From an uncultured virus (IMG/VR IMGVR_UViG_3300049783_000823) (lineage: Duplodnaviria; Heunggongvirae; Uroviricota; Caudoviricetes): DNA of 64,000 nt. The translations under genes and the position numbers were made by a program. Where the stretch lies: the IMG/VR virus record IMGVR_UViG_3300049783_000823. One strand, given 5' to 3'. Numbering within the stretch: position 1 is the first letter of the stretch; each line of letters starts with the position of its first letter. Positions 1-9,653 of the stretch are shown one piece after another. The notes under the pieces were generated by a model. That model saw nothing but the letters and a program-made list of their open reading frames with translations. It was not told where the DNA came from and made no database searches.

Positions 1-33
1 GCCTTGTTAGGCGGGAACGAACAGGAGAGATTG

Positions 34-357
34 ATGGAACACTTAAGAGTTAACAAGCATTGTGATTGCACACACAAAATTACATGGTTTGCTGAGAATG
101 TAGAAAACTGTGTTATTGATAGGGAGTATGTAGAGAGACATGAACCGACTTACTCGGGTGTATCGATATCATTCAAGTACCCAGACCCCACCGAAGATGA
201 CATGTACTTAGAATTTGCAGCCAACGAAGAGGGATGGATGTACGTTTCCGATTGGTCAAGAAAAAATAGACCTCTTGAAGTTGTGCCAATCATGGAAGGT
301 ATATTGGCTGTTGAGGCTAATGTTGATCGTGTGCTTGCTGAGATGCAAGACGCATAA
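34..357 (+). CDS. hypothetical protein, cassette-like gene between attC-like half-sites
   Basis: ORF 4..357; ATG at 34 follows GGAGAG; stop TAA lies within GCATAAC. Confidence 0.6.
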   Translation: MEHLRVNKHCDCTHKITWFAENVENCVIDREYVERHEPTYSGVSISFKYPDPTEDDMYLEFAANEEGWMYVSDWSRKNRPLEVVPIMEGILAVEANVDRVLAEMQDA

Positions 358-419
358 CCCCAAGCTAAACGGAGAGGAAAGATGAGATTTACAGATTTTA
401 TAAAAGGATAAGGGATATT

Positions 420-626
420 ATGACTAGAACAGAATTAATAGAAACTGGGTGTTTTTCAGAAGATCTAGAGCCGATTAAATGCTCTGCATGTAAAGATAAT
501 TCTATGAATGACCAAACGTTGGCAGAGGAAGGCGGTTACATATCAGAGGTTGAAAGGCGATGTGCAAACTGTCATAAGATTCTTGGTCACTGGGCGCACG
601 GAAACTGGCGGATATTAGATAATTAA
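420..626 (+). CDS. small Zn-ribbon-like hypothetical protein
   Basis: CSAC and CANC pairs; SD-like AAGGGA upstream. Confidence 0.55.
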   Translation: MTRTELIETGCFSEDLEPIKCSACKDNSMNDQTLAEEGGYISEVERRCANCHKILGHWAHGNWRILDN

Positions 627-701
627 AAAGGTGGTTTTATGAATAGGATTAAAAAAAAAAAATGATTTTGGGCAGCGGGGTATCAACAAAGGAGAAACAA
701 A

Positions 702-935
702 ATGAGCTGTATGTGTTTTGAGTGTGTAAGCGAAAAAGGTTTAGACAACCCACCATTGCCGCCAGACGGATGGCATATTGAGAAGAATATTAAGCCTATA
801 CCTGATAGAAATTTCGATTGGGATTTTTGGCACGACGATTACGATGGCTCAGATGGTGGTAATGGCTTAGCTGGAAATGCGGCAAACTGGGATGATGCTG
901 TTGAGCAGTGCTGGCAAATTGAGAACAACACATAA
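702..935 (+). CDS. hypothetical protein
   Basis: AAGGAG RBS; stop falls in the TAAC of an attC-like site. Confidence 0.6.
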   Translation: MSCMCFECVSEKGLDNPPLPPDGWHIEKNIKPIPDRNFDWDFWHDDYDGSDGGNGLAGNAANWDDAVEQCWQIENNT

Positions 936-990
936 CCTGCCGATGTATTGCCGGAGCGCAGCGAAGGTCAAAACTATGGCGTTGTTATAC
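930..990 (+). repeat. attC-like (integron cassette-type) imperfect palindrome
   Basis: ACATAAC-CTGCC-GATGTATTGCC-GGAGCGCAGCGAA-GGTCAAAACTAT-GGCGTT-GTTATAC: TAAC...GTTRRRY-like ends, 5- and 6-nt spacers, bulged inner stem. Confidence 0.6.
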
Positions 991-1011
991 GGATATTACG
1001 GCGTAATTAAG

Positions 1012-1266
1012 ATGACTAACGAGCAAAAATTTAAAGAGCACGAACAATTGAAAAGTGAGATAAGGCGCAAAGGCGTGATACACACAAAGCCAGAGGTTTA
1101 TGAAATGGAAAAACTAAAATACTCTGATGATCCGTTGTTGCGGAAAGCCTGTGCAATCATCGAGATTGCGGATGAAATGCAGATGGATGCTATTTTGGGA
1201 AAGTCCGTTACCGCTCTTTTTGAAAGACTGGTTATGTTGGATTTGGTGAGGGAATACTATGCTTGA
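1012..1266 (+). CDS. hypothetical protein
   Basis: 3' part of ORF 877..1266; ATG 1012 just after the attC-like site. Confidence 0.55.
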   Translation: MTNEQKFKEHEQLKSEIRRKGVIHTKPEVYEMEKLKYSDDPLLRKACAIIEIADEMQMDAILGKSVTALFERLVMLDLVREYYA

Positions 1267-1495
1267 AAATTTAATGAAAGCTATTAGTGAGAAACGGTTT
1301 GATAAGGCTGGAAACGGGAAAAATAAAGAAGACATCAGGATTATATTCTCAAACGAAGGGTATCAAAAAGCCCTAGCTGACAAGCAGGCATTTAGAGTGT
1401 TTAATTTACAGGAAAACCCATTGCGAACCTTTGCAGGATATAAATTCACAGTAGATCGTGAGCAGGTAGAGGATTTTATAATTGAAGAAACATAA
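1259..1495 (+). CDS. hypothetical protein
   Basis: Overlaps the previous stop; ends in ACATAAC. Confidence 0.55.
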   Translation: MLENLMKAISEKRFDKAGNGKNKEDIRIIFSNEGYQKALADKQAFRVFNLQENPLRTFAGYKFTVDREQVEDFIIEET

Positions 1496-1520
1496 CCCCG
1501 TAAATAAACAGGAGATTAAT

Positions 1521-1760
1521 ATGGATTATGAAATAAAAGAATCGAACGAAAGATCCTTGTCAACATTAGCATGTGGCGACTGCTTTGTTGTAAGAGAAGA
1601 CGATGATAGTCTTGGGTCAGTTACCTTTATGTTAACTCTGATACATCCAGACAGCTTTGTCGTTATGCGTCTAAACGATGGCAAAACGTATCAATGGCCA
1701 GATCAAACCGTTATAACTCTGGAAGTAGAGGCGATATCCAAAGCCGAGGGTGCACTGTAA
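1521..1760 (+). CDS. hypothetical protein
   Basis: AGGAGATTAAT-ATG start, identical to the next gene's start region. Confidence 0.6.
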   Translation: MDYEIKESNERSLSTLACGDCFVVREDDDSLGSVTFMLTLIHPDSFVVMRLNDGKTYQWPDQTVITLEVEAISKAEGAL

Positions 1761-1787
1761 TGCTTATGTATATACTAGGAGATTAAT

Positions 1788-2135
1788 ATGGAATTGCCAA
1801 AAAAGGTCAAGATAGCAGGGATCGATGTCAAGGTTGTCGATTGGGACCATCACGAAGCCGATGCTCAAAGAGCTTATGGTATATTTTCTAAGGTAGAAAA
1901 TTGTATAAAGATCGACACCACTTTAAGCAGCCTAAGGGTTACTGAAACATTTATTCATGAGCTTTTGCATGGTATTTGGGCAGGCTACCGTATGGATGAG
2001 AAAGACGATGAGGAGAGAACAGTGGCGATATTTGCTGCAGGTCTTACTCAAGTATTTAGAGACACTCCTGAGCTACTGGTGTTATTGCAGAAAGTGATAA
2101 AAGAGGCAGACTTAAGCGATACCCACTTGAAGTAA
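1788..2135 (+). CDS. HExxH zinc metallopeptidase-like phage protein
   Basis: ETFIHELLHG motif followed by DEE. Confidence 0.65.
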   Translation: MELPKKVKIAGIDVKVVDWDHHEADAQRAYGIFSKVENCIKIDTTLSSLRVTETFIHELLHGIWAGYRMDEKDDEERTVAIFAAGLTQVFRDTPELLVLLQKVIKEADLSDTHLK

Positions 2136-2143
2136 ACCACAAT

Positions 2144-2207
2144 GCCTCCTCTTGGATTCCCTTAATCGGGTTTCTGAGAGGAGGCTTCCCTTTTATTTTT
2201 TTTTTTT
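2144..2207 (+). terminator. long hairpin plus U-tract, intrinsic terminator
   Basis: GCCTCCTCT...AGAGGAGGC stem, TTAATC loop, long T run. Confidence 0.75.
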
Positions 2208-2238
2208 CTAAGGTTTATCTCACTTATGGACCTTACCC

Positions 2239-2270
2239 AACCCGTTAAATTAACCCCAGCCGGTCCCCCC
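2239..2270 (+). promoter_or_regulatory. putative phage RNAP promoter, class I (AACCCGTTAAATTAACCC)
   Basis: Exact 18-mer also at 19115 and 61945; variants at 48078 and 2570; all intergenic. Confidence 0.7.
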
Positions 2271-2705
2271 TATATACCCATTTATGTCCTATTTACTCAC
2301 CCTTACAGTATCCCAGTCGATAGTGGTTATAATATAGATAATATACTCTATTATCCCTTAAGGGATGGTATAAGGGATCCTTTAAGGTTTCCTATTAGGT
2401 ACGAGTTGGTATTTCTCTAGGACAATAAATCGGCCATAAATGATTAAAACGGAAGAGGAAATGTGTGTAAACACCTATGTCCTACTTGTTGACCTTTAAT
2501 TCGAAATAGGGTACAGAAGAGGTTAGAGGGGTGGACTCTTCAGAGCTATCGTTGGTTGAGGTCTTATTGAACCCGTTAACTTAATGAAGAAGATGCCTAT
2601 AAGGTTTCATGTGAGGTTTTTCATTAAAGCACTTGATAACGATTTGGGTTATCTTAAATTACGTAATAACAAGGACATGCGGGGCAAACAAATGAGAACG
2701 AGAAG

Positions 2706-3449
2706 TTGCAATTTTCGTGTAAGTGTATGAAAGATAAGGGGAAAATTGGGAGAGATAAAGTTGACGTTGGATGTTTGCTAAAGAACAACAGTCGTTCTGC
2801 AAAGTTTCTTAAAATAGCACAAAATAGATCACTCTCTGACTATACCGCAGTTGAACGCAGCAAGTTCTATGACAGGACAAGAGCGGAATACCGTAAAACG
2901 ATTTACAAAGAGAGACCTCCTGTAAAGGCTCTCGTATATAAAACATTAAAGAGCACACAGATTCCCAAAATAGCTCCACGACCTCGTATTGAGGAGATGG
3001 AGATTGAACACGTCACAATGGAATCGCTGATTGCTGACATTCCTGTAGGTGGACGGCCTGTAGGATCATTCAAGATTAAGACATTTATGACAGAAGACGC
3101 AAGGTTAAGGCTTTCCATGCTAGGGTTCGACCCTATGGAAGAGCTGATTAGGACGTATGATGAAGCTACAGCTCTGCTGGATAGGGAGATGAAGAAGGAC
3201 AAGCCAGTCGCTCTTCTGGTGGCTACATATTTTAACACAAAATCAAAAGCAGCAGCTGATCTACTTAGATACGGCTATGCAAGAATCCCTGAGGGGCAAC
3301 AACCGCAAGAGAAGGACATTACACCAGTGAGAATTAATCTTCAAGGTGTAGGTCACAAACCAATGGCCGGTGAGGGTGAACTGATAGTGGACCCCACTGA
3401 TGCTGAAATAATGGATAACACAATAGAAGAGGGTGTTTATGAAGAATGA
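2706..3449 (+). CDS. possible terminase small subunit (true start probably near 2996-3017)
   Basis: Position upstream of terL; helical core LGFDPMEEL...LLRYGYARIPE; positional inference only. Confidence 0.35.
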   Translation: MQFSCKCMKDKGKIGRDKVDVGCLLKNNSRSAKFLKIAQNRSLSDYTAVERSKFYDRTRAEYRKTIYKERPPVKALVYKTLKSTQIPKIAPRPRIEEMEIEHVTMESLIADIPVGGRPVGSFKIKTFMTEDARLRLSMLGFDPMEELIRTYDEATALLDREMKKDKPVALLVATYFNTKSKAAADLLRYGYARIPEGQQPQEKDITPVRINLQGVGHKPMAGEGELIVDPTDAEIMDNTIEEGVYEE

Positions 3450-3577
3450 TGAAAACAAATCAAATGAGACACAAGGTGTTAATAGCTTTATATGCTCTGT
3501 GGCTTTCCTTATATTTGTAACCTTAGGTGAGCCTGATATAATTGATGGTATCGTACACCTATTGAGGAGCTTCGACC

Positions 3578-3811
3578 ATGATTCGCCTCTCTGATGTGTT
3601 AGACCGTATTGGTGCTCAGATTGTGCCAATATTTTCAATGTATGGTAATATGAATGGATACTTATTGTTCCTTAGATTTATATATGGGGTAGAATTAATG
3701 CTGGTCATTTCTCTAATGACACGTAATCTTTCTCTCATTGCTGTCACATTCATAGGGATGTCTATTATCAGTGACATCGTCTTTCTTAAACTAATAAAGA
3801 GATTAAAATGA
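3578..3811 (+). CDS. small hydrophobic hypothetical protein
   Basis: GAGGAG RBS; hydrophobic segments; coupled to next ORF. Confidence 0.4.
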   Translation: MIRLSDVLDRIGAQIVPIFSMYGNMNGYLLFLRFIYGVELMLVISLMTRNLSLIAVTFIGMSIISDIVFLKLIKRLK

Positions 3812-4254
3812 ATTATATTTATTCTGAAAGCGCAGAGGCTTTCACTAAAGAAAAACAGAAAGCTCATGCAGCTTCTTCAGCTGATTTTCAGCCACTTGTA
3901 TCTCTAGCTGATGTTGAGATATTCCCAGGCGACTTGGTGCTTATCGGCGCAGGTTGTGAGAAGAGGGGCGATTACGAGTCCTTTAAGGACATGGCTAGCG
4001 CTGTACCTGCCAATTTTGAAATGCTGAGCGCTTTCCTGCGAAGAATGCACAGTGTTATTGATGTAGATAGTGTTGACGTAGATAGTGTTGACGTAGATGC
4101 TGTCGATGTCGAGGCATTTAAGCAAGAGTACCCTGCTTCTTTTGAAAGGTCTGAAGCGGGGCCTACTGCGCCGGAACCCATGCAAATCGTCGGTAGACAT
4201 ATTGACCTTCAGATAGACGAATCGACAGAAAACGAAGACACATTGTCTTCATAG
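3808..4254 (+). CDS. acidic hypothetical protein with DVDSV repeats
   Basis: ORF with tandem 15-nt repeat at about 4060-4110. Confidence 0.55.
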   Translation: MNYIYSESAEAFTKEKQKAHAASSADFQPLVSLADVEIFPGDLVLIGAGCEKRGDYESFKDMASAVPANFEMLSAFLRRMHSVIDVDSVDVDSVDVDAVDVEAFKQEYPASFERSEAGPTAPEPMQIVGRHIDLQIDESTENEDTLSS

Positions 4255-4296
4255 TAAGTAGAATGGGTTTCTATCGGAAACCACACGGAGATAACA

Positions 4297-5646
4297 ATGT
4301 CCGATATAGATTTACACGAAGGGCAATCTCAAGTATTTTACGACCTATTTGTAGAGAAGAACTGTCTGTTCGCAGTAGCGGCCTGCAGTCGTGGGTGGGG
4401 TAAATCTTACTTTGCCGCCGTTGCTGCTATAAATGCTATTTTTGAACTGCTAGAGCTTGACGCAAGCGTTCCAAACAAGAATGTCTATATCATAGCACCC
4501 ACGTATGGTCAGGTTACTGACATTTATCACCCACTGATAGCCTATCAATTAGGAATGGAAAATCACTGTATCAAGCATTCCAAAGACTTAGGTCGCTTCT
4601 GGTTTCCAAAGGGTGTCGAACTTAGGTTGGTCTCTTATGAGGCCGTTGAAAGACTACGTGGTACTGGTGCATACTTTATTGTTATGGATGAGGTGCGAGA
4701 TTGGACTAAAGGCCAAGGCTTTAAGTCAGCATGGGAAGGTGTATTACAACCCTGCATAACTACACGTTGGTCTAAAAGAAATTCCAAGAGAGTAGGCGCA
4801 AAGAGTCCAGGTCGTGCGTTATGCATTAGTACTACGAAGGGTTATGACTTCTTTTATGACATGTTTAACTTTCAAGAGGCTGACAGCGAATGGAAATCGT
4901 ATCATTACGATTACACGACATCTCCCTATTTAGACCCTGCAGACATTGAGAAGGCTCGCCATATCATTGACCCTTTGACATTTAACAGAGAGTACTTGGC
5001 TAACTTTGAAGATTCAGGTAACAATGTGTTCTACTGTTTCAACAGAACGACACATGTATCACAAGAGATTGCACCATTACAGGACTGGGAAACCGTCCAT
5101 GTAGCAATCGATTTCAACGTAGGTTTGCAATGTTCGTCTATGTTTGTCCTTAGAGGCAATCAGATGCACTTCCTTGATGAGTTCAAAGGCGACCCTGATA
5201 CGGAGTCATTAGCTGTGTCCATAAAAACACGTTATAGAACCGCAACGAATACCCCTGATCGTAAGATTTGTGTGTATCCTGATCCTACAGGGAACAGCCG
5301 CAAAACATCCGCAGCAGTGGGTGTTACAGACTTTAGTATTCTAAAATCACACAAGTTCGTACTACTTGCTCGTAAGAAGTCACCAGGTATTGTAGATAGT
5401 GTGCAATGCGTGAATCGTAAGCTTAAGACAGCAGCCGGAGAGGTGGATATATACCTTCACCCACGCTGTAAAGGGACCATTGAGTCTCTAGAAAGAACAA
5501 CATGGGTGGATAACACAAGTGATTCAGCTACTATCGATAAGAAAGCAGGAGTGGAACATTTCTCTGATGGCGTAAGGTATGCCACAGAGTATCTATACCC
5601 AATACAAGCTGGAAACAAGAAGGTATCAAGAGGCTTCGGGTTCTAG
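4297..5646 (+). CDS. terL: terminase large subunit
   Basis: Walker A SRGWGKS, Walker B IVMDE, nuclease IDFN, C-terminal HFSDGVRY. Confidence 0.93.
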   Translation: MSDIDLHEGQSQVFYDLFVEKNCLFAVAACSRGWGKSYFAAVAAINAIFELLELDASVPNKNVYIIAPTYGQVTDIYHPLIAYQLGMENHCIKHSKDLGRFWFPKGVELRLVSYEAVERLRGTGAYFIVMDEVRDWTKGQGFKSAWEGVLQPCITTRWSKRNSKRVGAKSPGRALCISTTKGYDFFYDMFNFQEADSEWKSYHYDYTTSPYLDPADIEKARHIIDPLTFNREYLANFEDSGNNVFYCFNRTTHVSQEIAPLQDWETVHVAIDFNVGLQCSSMFVLRGNQMHFLDEFKGDPDTESLAVSIKTRYRTATNTPDRKICVYPDPTGNSRKTSAAVGVTDFSILKSHKFVLLARKKSPGIVDSVQCVNRKLKTAAGEVDIYLHPRCKGTIESLERTTWVDNTSDSATIDKKAGVEHFSDGVRYATEYLYPIQAGNKKVSRGFGF

Positions 5647-5675
5647 CATTAATAATTAACACAGGAGAGCCGGTA

Positions 5676-6266
5676 ATGGCAAGAACACCAATAGGGAGCA
5701 TCTCAGCGGATCTCCAGAATGATGATGGCAACGTGTTGTGGTCATTTATTAGAGGCGAACAGCTAGAGTATGAGGTTACACTTAATTTCCTATCGAATGC
5801 TGACGCTGGTTATGAGTATGAAGCTGTAATCATGGAAGCTAATAACATTCCAGGTAATGCTACAGTGCCCACCGATGTAATGGTAGGAGGTACGGAGACA
5901 ACATTAGTAGTTCGTGTACCTCCAGAGAGAGGCGTATGGGACGGCGCGACAGCATACGACAGAGAAGATGTTGTGTACTATGGTGGGCTTTATTATAAGC
6001 TATCAGCAGGTAGCTCTCGAACAAACGTAACAACACCAGATGCAGATAGCGTATGGGTGGCCTATGTCCCAAATAAGGTATTCATCCAGTTCCCTGAAGA
6101 GTTGTCTATTACACCTTTATGGTTAACTGAACCTACCCCAGTTTCGCCTGTATATGGCTTCTTTGAGCTAAGAGTCAAGGAACCAACAGGTGGTGTCTAT
6201 CAAAGAACTTGGAAACCCATGCGTGGTTTAGTCCAATTGCTCTTCAGTCCAACACATCAGGTATAG
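5676..6266 (+). CDS. virion structural protein with CBM5/12-like motif
   Basis: WDGATAYDREDVVYY motif; late position. Confidence 0.5.
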   Translation: MARTPIGSISADLQNDDGNVLWSFIRGEQLEYEVTLNFLSNADAGYEYEAVIMEANNIPGNATVPTDVMVGGTETTLVVRVPPERGVWDGATAYDREDVVYYGGLYYKLSAGSSRTNVTTPDADSVWVAYVPNKVFIQFPEELSITPLWLTEPTPVSPVYGFFELRVKEPTGGVYQRTWKPMRGLVQLLFSPTHQV

Positions 6267-6268
6267 AC

Positions 6269-7159
6269 ATGTCTACTGTAACTAAGACTATATCGATAAA
6301 AGGTGAGGTGGTATCTGTGTCCTCTGAAGATACAGTCCATGTTGTGGAAGAACCCGTGAACGCTGAGATAGTAATTGATGTAGAACATCAAGCGTACGCT
6401 CCAGATAAAGTAGAGCCAATCTATGAGATTGAAGTTGATGGTTTTGGGAAATTCAGCACGCCATCTATGTTTGGACTTATGTTCTTTTTGCGTTACTATG
6501 ATACAGCAATAGTTACTGACGTGACGATCCTTGAGGTTGACTATGCCAGGGAAGACTATGAGTCTTCTTTTGCTTCAGACGTTTCTTGGCTATACTTGCA
6601 GCCAAATAAGCGTGATACAGCCATAGCTTCCGAAGACTTCTCTAGCGTTTTCGACAGGGTTAGGTTAATAAATGAGACTGCTTTATCTAATGAAGTGATT
6701 GCCAAGTATATGTCTAGAGAACTGAATGAAGTGAGCGTTGCTTCTGACGTTGCGCGACTGGCGCATGTGCTCAATAAAGGTGATGAAGCATTGGCCTCAG
6801 AGTCTTACTATGCAACACAGTTCGACAAGAATGTGAACGAAATATCTCAAATAAATGAGACACTTGCTAAACATCTAGCGAGAACAATTAATGAAACAAG
6901 CAATCCTTTCGAGACCGTGCGACTGTCTTTCGGTATAAAGAAAGGAGATAACGTAGCGGCATCTGAAAGTTACTACGCGATTGGGTTCAATAAGAGCCAA
7001 AACGACACCTCAAATGTCTCCGATGTGAACGATAAAGGAGTGCATAAAGCCAGCGCTGATGAGGCCACGGCAAGTAGCCAAGGTCTTGTGACCGTTACTG
7101 ACTACGCTCTCGATTACTTCGGCGAAGACTTTGTAGGTGAAGGACGTAATTTTGATTAG
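6269..7159 (+). CDS. repetitive virion/fibre-associated protein
   Basis: Repeats such as KGDEALASESYYA and KGDNVAASESYYA; likely start MSTV. Confidence 0.5.
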   Translation: MSTVTKTISIKGEVVSVSSEDTVHVVEEPVNAEIVIDVEHQAYAPDKVEPIYEIEVDGFGKFSTPSMFGLMFFLRYYDTAIVTDVTILEVDYAREDYESSFASDVSWLYLQPNKRDTAIASEDFSSVFDRVRLINETALSNEVIAKYMSRELNEVSVASDVARLAHVLNKGDEALASESYYATQFDKNVNEISQINETLAKHLARTINETSNPFETVRLSFGIKKGDNVAASESYYAIGFNKSQNDTSNVSDVNDKGVHKASADEATASSQGLVTVTDYALDYFGEDFVGEGRNFD

Positions 7160-7167
7160 GATTTATA

Positions 7168-7659
7168 ATGAATAAACAAATAGAAGAACTTACAGGAAAA
7201 GGCATCGATGATAACTTGATCGCCAGAGGTAGCCTAACGGTAGAATTGTTCGGCCAAGATGGCAAGCTTAAAGACAAGCGTGAAGTGGACAATCTGATTG
7301 TTACGCTGGGGCGTGCTTACATTGCCAGCCGCATGAAAGACACCTCACAAGCAGCTATGGGATGGATTGCCATTGGTACGAATAGTGCAGCAGCGGCAGC
7401 TGGGGACTCAACGTTAGGCGCAGAAGTCGAAAGAAATGCCGCAAGCTCTACCATTATCACCACAGATGTTACCGAGGACACATGTCAATACGTTGTGACA
7501 TTTGCTCCAGGCGTTGGTGCTGCCGCGCTTACTGAAGCGGGTATCTTCAATGCAGGGGGAGCTAATGCTGGCATAATGCTGTCACGTACTGTATTTGATG
7601 TGGTTAACAAGGGTGCGCTTGACACCATGACAATCACTTGGAACATTAAAATAGCATAA
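7168..7659 (+). CDS. tail fibre attachment/collar-like structural protein
   Basis: NLIVTLG...IAIGT...LTEAGIF...ITW pattern typical of fibre N-terminal/collar domains. Confidence 0.55.
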   Translation: MNKQIEELTGKGIDDNLIARGSLTVELFGQDGKLKDKREVDNLIVTLGRAYIASRMKDTSQAAMGWIAIGTNSAAAAAGDSTLGAEVERNAASSTIITTDVTEDTCQYVVTFAPGVGAAALTEAGIFNAGGANAGIMLSRTVFDVVNKGALDTMTITWNIKIA

Positions 7660-7669
7660 GGAGAGCGAA

Positions 7670-8485
7670 ATGGCCTCCATCACAACACGTGCAGGGAAGG
7701 GTGCACCTCTTCTTAATACAGAAGTTGATGCTAATTTTAACAATCTAAATGATGATAAGGTAGAAAACAGTAGAGTCCTCACGGATGTGCCTGCTGGTGC
7801 CTTGTTTACAGATACTGTCTATGTCCATTCATTGAATGCTGCCGCAGATATCAACACTTCCGGTGCAACAATTGTGGACTCTATCGTGACAGATGCGGAA
7901 GGTCACATCACAGGGATGGCCACGCGTGTCATGACGCTGGCTGACCTAGGTTATACCGGAGAGACAGATGCTACGGCTGATCAGACAAAGGCTGACATAG
8001 ATGCTTTAAATATCAATGCGGATACTTTAGATGGACAACACGCTTCTGCTTTTGAGCCTGCTGATGCAACAATCTTAAAAGATGCAGATATTGGTGTAAA
8101 TGTACAAGCTTATGATGTTAATACAGCAAAAGTTGATGTGGCCGCTGACTGGGCAACAACACAGAGTTATAACCGTGTCACGTTAACCGATGCTGCAACT
8201 ATTAACTGGAACATGGCAACGAGCCCATCTGCTATTGTTTCGTTGTCTGCTAATAGAACGATGGGTAATCCAACAAATATTAAGGCAGGAAACTGGTACA
8301 CATTAAGAGTTTATCATTCCGGAGCACCTAGAACATTGGCGTGGAGTAGTTACTGGAAATTTGGTGGAAATGGTGCTCCTGGACTGAGTACAATAACTAA
8401 CGCCTATGATTTGTTAACTTTCTATGCTCACAGTATAACAGCTTTATCGTTTGTCGGTATAGCTAAAAACATATCGGTGGTGTAA
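7670..8485 (+). CDS. tail fibre-like protein
   Basis: KGAPLLNTEVDANF N-terminus, NADTLDGQHAS motif, beta-rich C-terminal domain. Confidence 0.6.
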   Translation: MASITTRAGKGAPLLNTEVDANFNNLNDDKVENSRVLTDVPAGALFTDTVYVHSLNAAADINTSGATIVDSIVTDAEGHITGMATRVMTLADLGYTGETDATADQTKADIDALNINADTLDGQHASAFEPADATILKDADIGVNVQAYDVNTAKVDVAADWATTQSYNRVTLTDAATINWNMATSPSAIVSLSANRTMGNPTNIKAGNWYTLRVYHSGAPRTLAWSSYWKFGGNGAPGLSTITNAYDLLTFYAHSITALSFVGIAKNISVV

Positions 8486-8487
8486 TT

Positions 8488-9132
8488 ATGAGCGTATTTA
8501 GTTGTGGTGTGCAAGGCGGTAAGACGTCAATTATTCCAGTTATTCCATTTAGAGAGACCTGGGCTAACAATAGAGGCTCATCTTTTCAAAGCAGCAGTGA
8601 TGGGGTACAAACAAAATACTCGACAATTAATATACCATCAAATTGCGATGGTGGAATGTTCTATTTTGAGGGCTATAAAGAGTTGAGCCAAGTGACTGTA
8701 GATGGCGTGGTCGCAGCTTTCGATAATGTTTTAGGTGATAGCTTAATTGTTGTACGACTACCTCCAGGTAAAACAGGTAATCAGTCGTTTGGGTTTACAT
8801 TTAACTTAACTGCTGTAGCAACCCAAACAGTCGATGGTATGTTTTGTAATGCGCCAGACCATGAAGTTGTTGATTATTTATACTCATTTACTTTATCAGA
8901 TGTATCTGTGTCGCAGGGTACTGCGGAGAATCCTGGTATTACGGCAGTAATATCTTATGATGGTGGTAGGAGGGGGGTTTCTTCAATTAGTCCTACACCA
9001 GATGCCTATGTATATAATTCAATAGGAAATAAAGTTGGAATATTTTATGACCACGATAATTATCCTATAACCTTAACAAGCACTGGCGAATTTGCCTATA
9101 AAACAGAAGCTAAAGTAAACGAGCTATATTAA
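8488..9132 (+). CDS. beta-rich protein, possible receptor-binding subunit
   Basis: Between fibre and fibre-assembly genes; AT-richer than flanks. Confidence 0.4.
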   Translation: MSVFSCGVQGGKTSIIPVIPFRETWANNRGSSFQSSSDGVQTKYSTINIPSNCDGGMFYFEGYKELSQVTVDGVVAAFDNVLGDSLIVVRLPPGKTGNQSFGFTFNLTAVATQTVDGMFCNAPDHEVVDYLYSFTLSDVSVSQGTAENPGITAVISYDGGRRGVSSISPTPDAYVYNSIGNKVGIFYDHDNYPITLTSTGEFAYKTEAKVNELY

Positions 9133-9133
9133 T

Positions 9134-9652
9134 ATGAAAGCACATAAAACAGAATTAAAAGCATATAAAAAGTTTCCAAAATCATTCGTAGGCGATGATG
9201 GGGTAACTTATCCTCGTAAATGGTTAGAGGATTTAGATACAGCAGGTCAAGAGGCTCTGGGCTGGTATGAGGTGGTTGATAATACAATTACGCTAGGTGC
9301 TAATGAACGTGCAGTCAAATTACCTTTAGTGTTCACAGGTACAAGTATTGAACAAAACTACACTACGGAAGCCTTTTCTGCTGAAGAAATTGCCTATAAC
9401 GCTAAATTACTTAAAGACGAAAATAGAGCTGCTGATATGAACGCTTTGACGGTAACTACGTCTTCAGGTAAAGAATTCGATGGGGATGAAATATCTCAAA
9501 GTAGAATGGCTAGGGCGGTATCATTCAGTCAACCGCTAGACACGACTCAATGGGTACTGGCTGATAACTCCGTGGCTACTGTTACTCGGGAAGAGTTAAT
9601 AGAAGCTGGTTTATTAGCAGGACAAGCACAGACAGCTCTTTGGACAACTTAA
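9134..9652 (+). CDS. tail fibre assembly-like protein (DUF4376-like)
   Basis: FDGDEISQSRMARA...WVLADN...AGQAQTALW. Confidence 0.6.
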   Translation: MKAHKTELKAYKKFPKSFVGDDGVTYPRKWLEDLDTAGQEALGWYEVVDNTITLGANERAVKLPLVFTGTSIEQNYTTEAFSAEEIAYNAKLLKDENRAADMNALTVTTSSGKEFDGDEISQSRMARAVSFSQPLDTTQWVLADNSVATVTREELIEAGLLAGQAQTALWTT

Positions 9653-9653
9653 T

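Noticed and set aside
2252..2270. TAACCCCAGCCGGTCCC resembling a twister ribozyme core
   Set aside because: Lacks the following AAGCCCGG and pseudoknot partners; better explained as a promoter extension shared with 19131-19149.
2226..2420. 64-aa ORF over the promoter region
   Set aside because: No RBS, overlaps the class I motif and low-complexity palindromes.
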